Below are positions 22,845 to 33,469 of a stretch of 41,990 bases of DNA, piece after piece. Numbering within the stretch: position 1 is the first letter of the stretch; every line of letters starts with the position of its first letter. Source of the DNA: a virus (Duplodnaviria; Caudoviricetes). A program made the position numbers and the translations under genes. The notes under the pieces are model-generated. The model had not been told where the DNA came from, did not search any database, and was given only the letters and a program-made list of their open reading frames with translations. The stretch is from positions 1-41,990 of the IMG/VR virus record IMGVR_UViG_3300037467_001195; one strand, given 5' to 3'.

Positions 22845-24307
22845 TTCGGTTGCGACGCCAACAAGCCGCCCCTAACGATCGGGTACGCCTCCGGACCTGA
22901 CAGCAACCCTGTAACTCCCGCTGGCATCACATTCCCAGTGGAATTGACCATTCGCGCTGCCAGAGACTTAAAGAGCGCGCTTTTGTCGGCCATGAACGCC
23001 GCCCAGCCGATAGGGTTCTTTGCTAGAACCGACAAGCCCATTGGATTCTTGTTCAGATCCATCAGGGCGCGGCGCTCGGTGACGCTTAGGGTCGCCAGAA
23101 GTCGAGATTGCTCGGCGTTCAAGTCCGAGATTCCCGGAACCGCCGTCGCAATTTCTTCCTTAAGGCCGCGAGCCAGAGCTTTTTGCGCCTCCGTTGTGGC
23201 ACTCCCCTGCTCGCCAAATTTGCCGGCCAGAACTCGATACGTCCCCTGCTTCAATGCTTGCGCGTCCTGCACTGGAATCGTTGGGCCAGGATATTGCGGA
23301 TGCGCGGAAAAGGCGTCCCCAACGGCCTGAATTGCGCTCAAGTCGGCTTGCGGAGCAACTTGCTGAGAAAAGCGAGAGCTCGTGTCCCCGAGCCGACTTA
23401 GGACGGCTTGCTTGTCAACGGTTGCCGGGGAGTTCTGAATTGCGGAGACGATCTGTTTGTCGGTGTCGTTGACGAGTTGTTGAAGCTTCGCGACGCCGCC
23501 GCTCGTCGGGTTGATGCCGCGATCAAGGAGCGTCTGTACAGCGGTAGCCGCGTCTCCACTCTCTTTCTGCGCCAGGGTGGGTTTGAGTGCACTGTTCATC
23601 AGTGAACGCCCAGCGTCATTTAGCTTGTTGCCCGCCCACTCAGACACCCCGCCGAGCCCCATTAAAAGAGGGGGCGCGACACCGCCCAAAAGCGCCGCTG
23701 TATTCGCTTGGTCTGGATTTACAAGACCACCGCTGATGTACCCGTTTACTGCACCGCCAGCACTGCGCAAAGCGGCATTAGCCAGCGTCGGAAGCTTCGT
23801 CCCGGTGTTCGTGCCAGCGGAAACAATCGACTCACCAAGTGGACCGAGCCCGGGAATCGCGCCGACAGCCTTGCCAACAAATGATGTCGCCGGAGTGGCC
23901 GCCAACAGATTGCCCAAAATTCTCCCCGTTACGTTTCCGGCCGTGCTCGGTGTTGCCGCATATTCGGCGCGCCCGGCTTCATTCATTGCCTTAACACGGT
24001 CGAACTCGCTCTGCGGCTTTTGCCCGGTGATTAAGCCGCCCAAGGTTTGCTGATCCGCTCCGGTCGCCTTGTCGTACAGCCATGCCAACCCTTGCGCGCC
24101 AGTATCCAGGACATCCTTGACACCGCGCCGAACTCCGGCGGAAAGGTCGTTTGTTTCGCGCGCAAGCATCATCTGCTTGAACGTTTGTGGCTGCTGCGGC
24201 GATGGCAGGCTAAATGCGTTGGACTTGATCGCGGCCTCGATGTCACTTGCTGCCATGCCATCGGGAAACTCGATCCTTGCCCCGTTGTAATCAACGATTT
24301 GCGGCAT
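22841..24307 (-). CDS. Putative DNA ejection/internal virion protein
   Basis: Ala/Gly-rich, 488 aa; IEFPDGM N-terminus; position after tail genes. Confidence 0.7.
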   Translation of the reverse strand: MPQIVDYNGARIEFPDGMAASDIEAAIKSNAFSLPSPQQPQTFKQMMLARETNDLSAGVRRGVKDVLDTGAQGLAWLYDKATGADQQTLGGLITGQKPQSEFDRVKAMNEAGRAEYAATPSTAGNVTGRILGNLLAATPATSFVGKAVGAIPGLGPLGESIVSAGTNTGTKLPTLANAALRSAGGAVNGYISGGLVNPDQANTAALLGGVAPPLLMGLGGVSEWAGNKLNDAGRSLMNSALKPTLAQKESGDAATAVQTLLDRGINPTSGGVAKLQQLVNDTDKQIVSAIQNSPATVDKQAVLSRLGDTSSRFSQQVAPQADLSAIQAVGDAFSAHPQYPGPTIPVQDAQALKQGTYRVLAGKFGEQGSATTEAQKALARGLKEEIATAVPGISDLNAEQSRLLATLSVTERRALMDLNKNPMGLSVLAKNPIGWAAFMADKSALFKSLAARMVNSTGNVMPAGVTGLLSGPEAYPIVRGGLLASQPN

Positions 24308-25815
24308 TAGTTCCCCACTGCTTCAAGTTTTCGGGTCTGCGGGTTCCAACGGAAATTGGGCGCGCCGACCCCAGTCGCCGGAGTCGTGCCGGGTGTAACG
24401 CTTCCAAAGTTGTATTTCGGCAGTGTTGAATCAGGCAAACCGGCTGCGCGACGCTGTGCCAAGAGGTTCTCGTATTGCGCCGCCATCAAGCTTCGATACT
24501 GCTGAATCACGCCCTTGAGCTGCTGAGGACTTTTTGCGTTATCCATCGTCTTCTGCAATTCTTCGCGCTCGCCGACGCCGCCGCCCCCAGCGACGATTGC
24601 CTTCATAACTTCCTTGGAAACGATGTCTTTCGCTGCGTCGAAATTCGTCACCGCAGGCGAGCCAGTCTGTTGCGAGAAGGTGTTTGCGATCTTGTTAACC
24701 AGCGGCGTATTGCCGTTGCCCATCGCATCCACAAGATTCCCAAGCTGATCCAAGTGTTCTCCAGCCGTCGCAAATGACCTGATGGCGTTGCCTTGCTGGC
24801 CAGTGGTGAAGGCGGCGGCGGCCGTGCGCTTAGCGGTCACGTCCGTAAAGTCGTAATTCGGGTTGATCTCCATCACCCGAGAAAGAATGCGCTGGTTCCG
24901 AGGGTTAGTCAGCGCCATCCCGGACGGCGGGGGCAATTGGCCGTTAGCAATGGCGCGTGCAGTGATGTCGAGATCGGAGGCGGGAGTTCCATCAGGGTTG
25001 AACCCAGCCACTGTGTAATCCTTCGCCAGCGTCTGTCGAAACTGCGAGCGTTCACGCGAATCCGACAAGAGGGCGTCAGGAGACGGCGTTTTGTTAACGG
25101 GCGATGCCATCGGGCTCATCGTCAACTGATTAACAGGAACGACACTTCCGCCCGTGTCTAGCCAATGAACATCCGGCTTCGGCGTCAAATTCGTGATCTG
25201 CTGCGTACCGTCCTTGTAGGTGATGACATTCACAGGCTGGCCGTTTTGCATCAGCACGCCCATTTCCTTAACCTCGGGCATGAACTTTGCCGCCTGCTCA
25301 TACAGCTTGTTGGCGTTCTCAAAATCGCCATAGCGCGAGTAGATATCGGCCTGGTGTACGAGGTGCGCAGAGGTGTTCCTAGCAATACTGTCCTGCTGCG
25401 TTCCGGAAGTGGACGGCGATGGGGCTTGTGCTTGCGGCGCTGCCTGCGGGGCCACTGAAGTACCCATGCTGAACATGGGAATGCCGCTGATCGTCGGCGT
25501 AGAAAGCGAAGATCCCTGCGCCGCAGGCGCAGCACCCGCCCCAGCCACAGAAGGAGCGCCATTTCCAGCCTGTTCACGGGCCAGTGCATCGCGGATCGCG
25601 TTCGTGCGGGCGACTTGCTCCCGCATTAACTGAAGCTCCAAGCCGCCCTTATCGACGTTTTGCTGAAGCGCCTGACGCTGCAACTGCGCTTGCGGCGACA
25701 TCAGTTGGCCCGCTTGCAACAACCCCGCGCCGAGGTTATGCGAGAGCAAACCAGCCGCGATAGGGTACATCGTGTTGGAGTTATCGCCTCCGAACAGGTC
25801 ATTAAGCAATCCCAT
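24307..25815 (-). CDS. Putative DNA ejection/internal virion protein
   Basis: MGLL N-terminus, Gln/Ala-rich, 502 aa; synteny. Confidence 0.7.
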   Translation of the reverse strand: MGLLNDLFGGDNSNTMYPIAAGLLSHNLGAGLLQAGQLMSPQAQLQRQALQQNVDKGGLELQLMREQVARTNAIRDALAREQAGNGAPSVAGAGAAPAAQGSSLSTPTISGIPMFSMGTSVAPQAAPQAQAPSPSTSGTQQDSIARNTSAHLVHQADIYSRYGDFENANKLYEQAAKFMPEVKEMGVLMQNGQPVNVITYKDGTQQITNLTPKPDVHWLDTGGSVVPVNQLTMSPMASPVNKTPSPDALLSDSRERSQFRQTLAKDYTVAGFNPDGTPASDLDITARAIANGQLPPPSGMALTNPRNQRILSRVMEINPNYDFTDVTAKRTAAAAFTTGQQGNAIRSFATAGEHLDQLGNLVDAMGNGNTPLVNKIANTFSQQTGSPAVTNFDAAKDIVSKEVMKAIVAGGGGVGEREELQKTMDNAKSPQQLKGVIQQYRSLMAAQYENLLAQRRAAGLPDSTLPKYNFGSVTPGTTPATGVGAPNFRWNPQTRKLEAVGN

Positions 25816-26673
25816 TTACGTCCCCGACTTTGGAGTGTTGCCCCACCAACCACGGTCCCATCCGTACTGACCGAGACCTAGCAAACCGCCTAACGCACCA
25901 TTGGTGCCGCCTCCGGTTTGGGTGCTTCCAGTAGTGCTACCAAACCCACTCCACGGAGAGAGCGTCCCAGTGAATTGCCCGTATGGCATCCATTGACCGA
26001 GCTGCCCCAAGTTGTAAAGTGAGCCGCCGAGAGCTGCGCCGGATTGGTCAAGTTGCCGGTTCGTGTTGTAGAAGTTATTGCGGGCGTTTTGGTATCCGAG
26101 ATTGAGACCACCGAGACCCAAGTTGTACCCTTGATTGGCTTGGTAGGCTTGCAAATTACGGTTCTGGTCCTGATTGAATTGACCGTAATGGGATTGGGCT
26201 AGTGCGTTCGCAAGCCCCGTTCCTGCTTGGCCGATCGCAAGACCTTGCGCAATGCCTTGACGCGATCCCCCCAGCCCACCGGTTGCTACCGATTGCGATT
26301 GGATCGAGGGAAGCCAATCGTTCATTAACGTGTCGTTGAACGGCTTGGTGATCGCCGCGTCCATCGAGTTTTGATAGGGGTTCCCGTAGCTCGATGAAAG
26401 CGTGGGAGCACCGGGCATCGAGAAGTTATCGGACATCGGGTTGGAGGTATTCGCCCCCGCCCCCGGACCCGCACCGATCCACGATCCTCTTGAGTCGCTT
26501 TGAATCTCGGAATTGGGGATGTAGCCCAAACCGGGCATGTACGTGCTATTGGCCTTGACGGAGCTGTAGTCGGTGGGAGTGACGCCAGCAAAGGGGTTCG
26601 CACCGCTCATCGTGGGCGTGTTCATCGACATCGTTCCGAGTGGAGAGATGCCGCCGAAAAACGAAGTCGCCAT
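25816..26673 (-). CDS. Putative DNA ejection/pilot protein
   Basis: NPY..GGLGGSRQGIAQG; Gly/Gln/Asn-rich. Confidence 0.7.
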   Translation of the reverse strand: MATSFFGGISPLGTMSMNTPTMSGANPFAGVTPTDYSSVKANSTYMPGLGYIPNSEIQSDSRGSWIGAGPGAGANTSNPMSDNFSMPGAPTLSSSYGNPYQNSMDAAITKPFNDTLMNDWLPSIQSQSVATGGLGGSRQGIAQGLAIGQAGTGLANALAQSHYGQFNQDQNRNLQAYQANQGYNLGLGGLNLGYQNARNNFYNTNRQLDQSGAALGGSLYNLGQLGQWMPYGQFTGTLSPWSGFGSTTGSTQTGGGTNGALGGLLGLGQYGWDRGWWGNTPKSGT

Positions 26674-26676
26674 GTC

Positions 26677-27723
26677 TTATCTCCCCCCGTAGAACCGATT
26701 GAATCCGTTACCCGCCATAGGTTGCGAGAGCAATCCCATGCCGACGTTTTGCATTTGTGCGTATCCGGGCATCGCGCCGGGTGCGGTCTGTTGCTGGAAC
26801 AACTTCGCAGCCGAATCGAGCAAGCCACCTTGCCCATAGACATAGGGCTTGAGCTGCGCGGGAATGTCGTGCGTTTGCGTCTGCGTCGTGGTTTGAGGTT
26901 TCGAGCCAGCGACTGCGCCGAGAATTGATGCAGCGGGACCGAGAAGCGAACCGGCGCCATTAGGGATCAGGTTGGATAGCCACGAGCTAGCAGGGCCTGC
27001 CGCACCAGCAGCGCCTGTCACAGCGCCAGGGCCTGCAAAGGAATCACCCAGTGCGCCCGCACCGCCTGCGGTTCCCGTGTCGGTGAAGCCAGTTGCCATC
27101 CCATTTCCGCCGAAGATGTCGGTTGCACCTCCTGCACCACCCATCCCCGCCCCGCCAGCTCCGCCTGCGCCCATGACTGCGGTGTTGGGAACTCCCGCGC
27201 CCGGAGCTGCGCCCATATCCCAGAACGCACTTGCATCCGCGCCAGCGGGAAGGCCGGTCACTCCAGCCGTGCCAGCTCCAATGCCCGACCCGCCAATACC
27301 GCCGGCAGAACCGGCACCCATCGCGCCGAGTCCTGCGCCGATTCCATACATCGAAAGGACCGTTAACGCAGCCTGCCCAAGATCCTTGAAATCGGAGAGC
27401 TTGAAACTGTTCCCGTTCATGATCGGGTGCGCCCACCCGTCATTTCCCGAAAGGTCATAGCCGGTGTAGTAATCCCCCGGCTTGGCCCCTTGCGCCATGC
27501 TCTCCCAACCCGTCAAGGGCTGATTGAGCTGGTTGGAATCGACCGACGTAACCCCGTTGTTGAAAACAGGGTTGTAGACAGTCCCATTGGAGACGACTCC
27601 ACCCGCAGGGCCGGTCCAATATCCACCGTTCATCCCGCTTTGCAGGAGTTTCAAGATCTCCGGCGGAATAGTTGCTCCCGTCGAATATCCAACGTCTTCC
27701 GTCTGCTTGTTGTAGATGCTCAT
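26677..27723 (-). CDS. Gly/Ala-rich putative ejection protein
   Basis: Low-complexity GA tract, C-terminal TTTQTQ..IP..LKPY; start MSIYNK. Confidence 0.65.
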   Translation of the reverse strand: MSIYNKQTEDVGYSTGATIPPEILKLLQSGMNGGYWTGPAGGVVSNGTVYNPVFNNGVTSVDSNQLNQPLTGWESMAQGAKPGDYYTGYDLSGNDGWAHPIMNGNSFKLSDFKDLGQAALTVLSMYGIGAGLGAMGAGSAGGIGGSGIGAGTAGVTGLPAGADASAFWDMGAAPGAGVPNTAVMGAGGAGGAGMGGAGGATDIFGGNGMATGFTDTGTAGGAGALGDSFAGPGAVTGAAGAAGPASSWLSNLIPNGAGSLLGPAASILGAVAGSKPQTTTQTQTHDIPAQLKPYVYGQGGLLDSAAKLFQQQTAPGAMPGYAQMQNVGMGLLSQPMAGNGFNRFYGGR

Positions 27724-27728
27724 GTGTT

Positions 27729-28025
27729 TCAGCCCAGAAATGTGTAGGTGACGGTCGAGCCGGAGACAGATACTCGGTAGGCCCCTTGGCCTGACCCCGG
27801 ATTCCATAAAGTTCCATCGGCAAGCAAGATGTCGCCGTCTTGCACGCGCTCAGGTTGAGCGGTGAGGTATCGACCCTTCAATGAATCGTTCGATGCATTC
27901 GCCGCTGCCTGGACATCCTGCGAATTACGAATGGCCCACTTGCGAAATTCCTCCAGGTGAGCGCGAATCTCAGGAGGGAGGTTTGCAGGAACCGGCGGGG
28001 GAAGTTTGGGGCGGTAGGTCTGCAT
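27729..28025 (-). CDS. Small tail-associated protein
   Basis: ADGTLWNPGSGQGAY; TAATG coupling to tail hub gene. Confidence 0.6.
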   Translation of the reverse strand: MQTYRPKLPPPVPANLPPEIRAHLEEFRKWAIRNSQDVQAAANASNDSLKGRYLTAQPERVQDGDILLADGTLWNPGSGQGAYRVSVSGSTVTYTFLG

Positions 28026-29770
28026 TACTTCGTCCCGCCCAAGGAGAGATCGAGGTCCACCGATCGACACTTGCCCACTTCCGCAGTCGTCGTTCTTTTC
28101 AGCGCGAGGAACCGTCCACCGTTTGCGATGGAGTAAACAAAGTCGTCCGTCCCTAGAGTCCCTGTCGCAGCACTCGAATAGGTAGGAGTCGCGTCGGCAG
28201 TCATGGCCGAGCCGTGATAGACGGAGTACGTCGCTCCTGCGGTGCCGTTGTCCTGCCACCTTGACCCTTGGAGGATCTTCACCGTGGAGGGGTCGTCCAT
28301 ATCCATCCCGGTCCTTTCGACCATCGAGGTAATGGAAGAGCCCAAGTACGTCGTTCCGCTATCGGTCAATCCGATCTTCGGACCTGTCGTTCCGATGACG
28401 AGCCTTTCCTCGGTGGCAATGGAAGAAGGCAGCATCCCCGATGCAGCGCAAGTAACGCCCGTGATGTCGCGCTCGCCCCATGTGTCATCGTTCCAGTTCC
28501 ACAAGAGAGCCTTGTTGCAAGTGCTGTTTCCCGTGGTGGGAATGCATACCCACACCTCGGAATACTTGTTATTGACCGCGAGGAAGGAGGCTTTGTAGTT
28601 CGTGGAATCGATGTTGTCGCGAATCCATTGCTTGATCCGTCCCTCGGCCAAGCTCTCAGCCTGACCTCCTTGGTGAATCTTCACGTCGAAGTTCTGCGTG
28701 AAAAACACCTGCCCTTTCGGTGTGTTGACCACGCAGTTGATGGCGAGCAATCCATCGTTTCCGGGAAGATATTGAAAAGCGAATACATCGTTTCCGCCGA
28801 TGTAATGCATCTCGATCCGTGAATCTTCCTTGTAGACGATCATCGAATCGCCATAGGGAAGCATGTCCACCAAAGCGCCAGGTGTCTCCGCCTTATCTAC
28901 GCTTCCTGCGTCGTTGGAAGCGGCGGCAGCGAACTGAGAGGTCGAGGGAACTGAGCCAGGATCAACCGAAGCCGTCCAATTGATGCGATAAGGCAATTTC
29001 GTTGCCGATGTCGAGGTGCGCGCCCCAAACATCACTATGAAATTCTTATAGGGACGAGCAACGTCACAGACAAAGGTGTAAGGAAGGCCGACCGGAGTGT
29101 TGGCGTACAGCCTTCGCATCCGGATCGTCGTGTCTCCGGACCAGTAATAAAGACCATCCACCGGACTGTTGGCAAGAAGGACACCGTTGAATGTCCCACC
29201 CGTCCATTTATCGGTTGAAGCTCCGGTGAAGTTAACCGTCGTGTTGATCTGCATCACCCCGACAAAGCCGGAGCCACTCAAAGCAGACCCGGCCAGAGTG
29301 AAAGTCACCTGTGTCGCACTCGGGACCGTGGCAACTGTGTATGTCCCGTTAAACGCCGTGTTGAAGGCGTTCCAGATCGTGAAGGAATTTCCTATCGACA
29401 GTCCGTGATTCGATTGGGTCGTTGCGCTTCCCGTCCCTGCCCCGTCGCGAGACAGGGCAGTAATCACGATGTTGGTGTATCGGGTAACTTCGGTCTGCGT
29501 CGTCCCGTCATCGACATAACACTTGGTCAATCCTGCTTGAAACAGGAACCGGGCAATCGATGTCGTTGTCCCCGCTCCGAAGGTGGACAGCCAGTAGGGA
29601 GTAACAGCAGGGGTGGTGAAGACACTTGCAACCCCGCCAACTCTTTCATCGCATCCATTGCGAAACCGCATGTTCTGGCAGTCCGACCATACCCCCGGCG
29701 CTAGTTCTTTGGAGAGTTGGTCGCGGTTGATGCCTTGACCGGTCTTGAGGGTTAGCTGCTTGCGCGCCAT
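28025..29770 (-). CDS. Tail hub/nozzle protein (P22 gp10-like position)
   Basis: 581 aa, beta-rich; WSDCQNMRF, EVWVCIP..CNKALLWN; follows adaptor. Confidence 0.7.
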   Translation of the reverse strand: MARKQLTLKTGQGINRDQLSKELAPGVWSDCQNMRFRNGCDERVGGVASVFTTPAVTPYWLSTFGAGTTTSIARFLFQAGLTKCYVDDGTTQTEVTRYTNIVITALSRDGAGTGSATTQSNHGLSIGNSFTIWNAFNTAFNGTYTVATVPSATQVTFTLAGSALSGSGFVGVMQINTTVNFTGASTDKWTGGTFNGVLLANSPVDGLYYWSGDTTIRMRRLYANTPVGLPYTFVCDVARPYKNFIVMFGARTSTSATKLPYRINWTASVDPGSVPSTSQFAAAASNDAGSVDKAETPGALVDMLPYGDSMIVYKEDSRIEMHYIGGNDVFAFQYLPGNDGLLAINCVVNTPKGQVFFTQNFDVKIHQGGQAESLAEGRIKQWIRDNIDSTNYKASFLAVNNKYSEVWVCIPTTGNSTCNKALLWNWNDDTWGERDITGVTCAASGMLPSSIATEERLVIGTTGPKIGLTDSGTTYLGSSITSMVERTGMDMDDPSTVKILQGSRWQDNGTAGATYSVYHGSAMTADATPTYSSAATGTLGTDDFVYSIANGGRFLALKRTTTAEVGKCRSVDLDLSLGGTK

Positions 29771-30376
29771 TTACCTGTGCCTCACGGCCAGCACGCCCGC
29801 AAACTTGCGGTCATCGTTGTTCTTGTTGATTCGATCGATGGCCCTCTCAAACAGTGGGAGCCACCTCTGAGCCGCTTCGTCATCCAGACGGAACAATGCA
29901 GCCTGGAACAAGGATCCGTACAAATAGGCGTCCGGGAAGTTCGTCAGGAGAGAGTTCGTCGTGTTCGAGTTCGACAGCGCCGTGAACTTCACCGGGCCTG
30001 TGATGACCAGCGACCCACTTCCCATCGGGGTTGTAAGGATCGAAGAGCCGGAGATCGTGTAGTAGTCCGCATCCCCCGAATCGTTGCCCCTTAGGTCGTC
30101 GTACTTTTCCGGGGTGATGTAGACCAACGGATAGTTAGGAGAACCCACCCAATAGGCCGAGCGAATCCCCACATATCCAGTGGGCAACGTCCCCGTCCCA
30201 GAGGTGATCGTCACGGTCGAAAGCGTCTCGAACTCCATCAGCTTGCAGCGAACCTGCATCTCTGCTTCACACAGAGCGATGAAGTCGGGAACGCTTCCCG
30301 TATAGGACGTGTCTCCCGTGCGATGGTCCCAAGCCGCAATCGCTGTTTGCAGCTCGGAATACGTGGTGATCGACAC
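29771..30376 (-). CDS. Head-tail adaptor
   Basis: ITTYSELQTAIAAW..DFIALCEA..NSLLTNFPDAYLYGSL. Confidence 0.75.
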   Translation of the reverse strand: MSITTYSELQTAIAAWDHRTGDTSYTGSVPDFIALCEAEMQVRCKLMEFETLSTVTITSGTGTLPTGYVGIRSAYWVGSPNYPLVYITPEKYDDLRGNDSGDADYYTISGSSILTTPMGSGSLVITGPVKFTALSNSNTTNSLLTNFPDAYLYGSLFQAALFRLDDEAAQRWLPLFERAIDRINKNNDDRKFAGVLAVRHR

Positions 30377-30386
30377 CTAAGACCCC

Positions 30387-30698
30387 TTAGAAGCCGAAAG
30401 TGAATTCGACCGTGCAAGTGCCGGAGTCGGTCTTTGCCGCAACGTAGGTGTCACTGGCGTTGATGCCAAAGAGCACTACCGAAGCGTTTTGCACGAGCGG
30501 ATCACCCGCCACAGCAGCCGTGCCAGACCCGACACCGGATCGAACACGAACCGGCGCAGTGCCCGCGGAAGTCGTGACGCGAACTGCCGTCGCACCCAAT
30601 GCAGCAGTGGGTATTGCGACGTTGGCTGAGGTCGTCGTTGCCGCGATCGTGACCGTGGAACCCCAGATGGGACGGAATTGAATGTTGCTGTGTTGCAT
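30387..30698 (-). CDS. Hypothetical virion protein
   Basis: Thr/Val/Ala-rich, beta-like, in structural operon. Confidence 0.7.
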   Translation of the reverse strand: MQHSNIQFRPIWGSTVTIAATTTSANVAIPTAALGATAVRVTTSAGTAPVRVRSGVGSGTAAVAGDPLVQNASVVLFGINASDTYVAAKTDSGTCTVEFTFGF

Positions 30699-30700
30699 GA

Positions 30701-31003
30701 CTAGATCCGTCCTTTCCAGATGCGGAAATGAGCGATGGCGGGGTCATTCAGAAGACGCCCCATGTGTTCGTCGTTCTGGCAGAACTCGCGAAAGGTGATG
30801 CCGTTGTCGTTGAGGTATTTCTCGACAATGACCTTGGGAACTCGCGCTGCGTGGCGAAAGTCGTTCGACCCGTGAATCCCCTCGTTGTGGAGTTTTTTCG
30901 TTCTTTCAACGATGGGCGTGCAGTCCTGCACCCGTTCAAAGATGGTCTTGCCGTCTTCCTGGTGAAAGCGGGTCTGGACTTGTCCCCTAGATAGGATTCG
31001 CAT
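30701..31003 (-). CDS. Hypothetical protein of head module
   Basis: QDCTPIVE..RHAARVP..LLNDP..FRIWKGRI; GGAG RBS. Confidence 0.75.
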   Translation of the reverse strand: MRILSRGQVQTRFHQEDGKTIFERVQDCTPIVERTKKLHNEGIHGSNDFRHAARVPKVIVEKYLNDNGITFREFCQNDEHMGRLLNDPAIAHFRIWKGRI

Positions 31004-31030
31004 AGGTCTCCGACGCTTCGCAGCGGTGAG

Positions 31031-31059
31031 AGAAAAAGAAAACGGCCCCGAAGGGCCGG
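31031..31059 (-). terminator. Intrinsic terminator
   Basis: CGGCCC-TTCG-GGGCCG followed by TTTTCTTTTT; related hairpin at about 31513-31530 after the capsid gene. Confidence 0.75.
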
Positions 31060-31062
31060 GGT

Positions 31063-31491
31063 TCAGGCCGGAGCCAGCGTGACGGTAATGACACCAACCG
31101 CCGCCGTAAGGACGCCGGTGAAGTCGATGCCAATGGACGTACCCGCAGCAATTTGCAGGTCGCTCGCCGTCGTGGACAGCGTGAGGGATTGATTCGTATG
31201 AATCGTTCCCTTGAGGTTGTACGTGCTCGAATGCAACGCCGTGCCGGAAGCCGAAGCGGTGCCGGAAGCAGCTTTCTTGACCACTGCCGTCACCGCGCCT
31301 GCGTCCGTGCCAGCCACAGTAGGACGCCCCGTAATCGCCTTGACCACATACGCGCGGTTGGCGACAAAGAAGGCACGGTCCACCGAGTTGGCGTCGTACA
31401 GCATGTTGATGGTCTCGAAACCGCCATCGTCCAGATCGGTCCCTTGCATACCAAGAGAACCATCGGAGTTTTGTTTGAGGTTGACGCTCAT
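31063..31491 (-). CDS. Putative capsid decoration protein
   Basis: Directly after capsid gene, strong AGGAG RBS, Thr/Ala-rich. Confidence 0.6.
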   Translation of the reverse strand: MSVNLKQNSDGSLGMQGTDLDDGGFETINMLYDANSVDRAFFVANRAYVVKAITGRPTVAGTDAGAVTAVVKKAASGTASASGTALHSSTYNLKGTIHTNQSLTLSTTASDLQIAAGTSIGIDFTGVLTAAVGVITVTLAPA

Positions 31492-31533
31492 GTTTGCTCC
31501 TAAAAGGAGACAAGGCCCCGAAGGGCCCTGTCA

Positions 31534-32457
31534 TTAGGCGATGTCGTACACCGCGCCGTTGGCCTTGGGATTGCGGTTCTCAAGCGTCCACTCGCCGATG
31601 AGCATCACCTTCTCGCTGTCGCCCGTTGCCGAGATTTCCTTACGGAAGATCGGGCGCAGCCACGCGATGGCGAGCTTGTCGGACTCCAGCACGAACACAT
31701 CGCGAGTGCGCTGGAACAGGTTCGGAACCGCCTTGAGCTTGCCGAAGTCGGAGACGTAGAAGTCCACCGCCGCCGTCACGCTCTTGTCTTCCGAGTTGTC
31801 CAGACGCGAAGCGCCGCCCGTGAAGGACGAGAAAGTCTGCTTGGCAGCAGCGCCCATCATCACCACGTCAGGCTTGCCGCCAGCGATGTAGATCTGTTTG
31901 ATGACGCTCTTGAGTTGCGTTTCCGTGAAGGAGCGGGTCGTGCCGTCCGTCACACCCGTATTGCCCGAGTAAGAGGCAAGCGTCGTGTCGGAGGCTTTGT
32001 CGTAGTTGTCCACCGTCCAACCCAGAAGGCCACGGGACTTTCGCGGCGAAGTGGCGTTCACGTCGTTTTGCGTGAGGCCGAATTCGATGTCGCGCTTGAG
32101 TTCCAAACCTTTGAGGGCCGTTTGGTAGTCCATCTCCGACTCACGGCCAGCTTTGTCCACCTTCTCCTGCGTGCCCGAGATCACCACGGCTTTCGTGGAA
32201 ATCTGGGTACGGTTGGAAAGGCGAACGGTGGCCGTCACCGCAGCAGCGGAGAAGTCATCGCCTTCAGCCTGCGCGTTGGACGCGGCCGAAGCCAGGGACT
32301 GGGTTTGCCACTCGTGCAGGGTTGCCGTGGCCTTGGTCTTGCCAGCCATCGAGAACGTCGGGCAGTCGGTCGGGTCGATCCGGCTGATGATTTCGGTCAG
32401 GTCCTCACGGTTGCCAATCGCGGCGGTCGTGAGGAACGTATTGGTAGGTGCGGTCAT
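31534..32457 (-). CDS. Major capsid protein (DUF5309-like)
   Basis: GNREDL..I..IDP...HEWQT..L..NAQAEG..NRTQI; follows scaffold. Confidence 0.88.
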   Translation of the reverse strand: MTAPTNTFLTTAAIGNREDLTEIISRIDPTDCPTFSMAGKTKATATLHEWQTQSLASAASNAQAEGDDFSAAAVTATVRLSNRTQISTKAVVISGTQEKVDKAGRESEMDYQTALKGLELKRDIEFGLTQNDVNATSPRKSRGLLGWTVDNYDKASDTTLASYSGNTGVTDGTTRSFTETQLKSVIKQIYIAGGKPDVVMMGAAAKQTFSSFTGGASRLDNSEDKSVTAAVDFYVSDFGKLKAVPNLFQRTRDVFVLESDKLAIAWLRPIFRKEISATGDSEKVMLIGEWTLENRNPKANGAVYDIA

Positions 32458-32482
32458 TTACTTTCTCCAGCGCCTCTCGGCG

Positions 32483-33469
32483 TTAGGACTTGTTGCGAAG
32501 GAGCGAGAACACCGCTGCGGCGTCTCGCACGGAACCGGACTTCTCCAGCCTCTTCATGGCTGAAGTTCTCCCGTCCGTTGGACTGATGTCTGCGCCGCCG
32601 CCAGGCCGCTCTACCTTCTGGGGTAGTTGCGAAACCTTCTTTGCGGCGGCGTGGGCCTTTGCCATCATCTGGTCGTAAAGCATGGCTTTGTGCGACATGA
32701 CGACGGCGCGATGGTCCGTGATGGAATTGACTTCCTGATCGGTGAACCCCTGATCTTTCAGGTAGTTCGAGATGGCTTGCTGGCCTTGCTTGGCTTTGGA
32801 TTCATCCTTCCAGTCCGGCAGCTTGGCAAGGAGTTCTTGCTGCTGCGTTTGGAGGAAGGCCTGCATCTGCTGCGCTTGTTCGGCCTGAAACCGGGCGTGA
32901 AGTTGATGCTGCTCCTGCGCGATCTGCTGCAACTTTGCTTGCCTCGTGTCTGCGAGGTGCTTTTGCTTCAGATATTCGTGAGGGTCAGTCTCAATCAGCT
33001 TCTGCCAATCGATCTGGGACTGTTCTTGCAATTGGGCTTGCAAGATGGCTTGGGCTTGTTGAAGGCCCTGTGCATACCTTGCTCGCTCTTCTCGCGCTTT
33101 GTTGGACTCCGCTTCCGCAGCTTTACGCTGTTCGGCAGCTTCCATCGTCTTGCGCGTGTAGTCAGCCTGTCTCAGCCCGTTCTTGTAGTAATCGGCCAGC
33201 TCCGCTTTCTTGATTTCAACCGGCTTGCCATCGACTTCGATGGTGACGGTTTCGTCAGAAGCGGTGGCGTCTTCTACCTTCTCGGTTTCGACTTCGGCTT
33301 GGGTGTCCTCGGGTTCCTTTACAGGCTCGACCGGGGAGGCTGTCGGTTCCTTTTCAGGTTCCTTGGCCGGGGTTGCTTTTTGCGGCTCGCGGGCTTGTGC
33401 AAAAAGGCTGGCTGCCTGATTCACGCTCAGGGGTGCGGTGGATTCCGTTGCCGGAGTATCCTGACTCAT
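32483..33469 (-). CDS. Scaffolding protein
   Basis: TIEVDGKPVE..GLRQADYTRKT, long Gln-rich coil, C-terminal RLEKSGSVRDAAA. Confidence 0.85.
   Translation of the reverse strand: MSQDTPATESTAPLSVNQAASLFAQAREPQKATPAKEPEKEPTASPVEPVKEPEDTQAEVETEKVEDATASDETVTIEVDGKPVEIKKAELADYYKNGLRQADYTRKTMEAAEQRKAAEAESNKAREERARYAQGLQQAQAILQAQLQEQSQIDWQKLIETDPHEYLKQKHLADTRQAKLQQIAQEQHQLHARFQAEQAQQMQAFLQTQQQELLAKLPDWKDESKAKQGQQAISNYLKDQGFTDQEVNSITDHRAVVMSHKAMLYDQMMAKAHAAAKKVSQLPQKVERPGGGADISPTDGRTSAMKRLEKSGSVRDAAAVFSLLRNKS

Noticed and set aside
26900-27350. Collagen-like or DNA tandem repeat
   Set aside because: Gly/Ala low complexity without strict Gly-X-Y periodicity or a nucleotide repeat unit.
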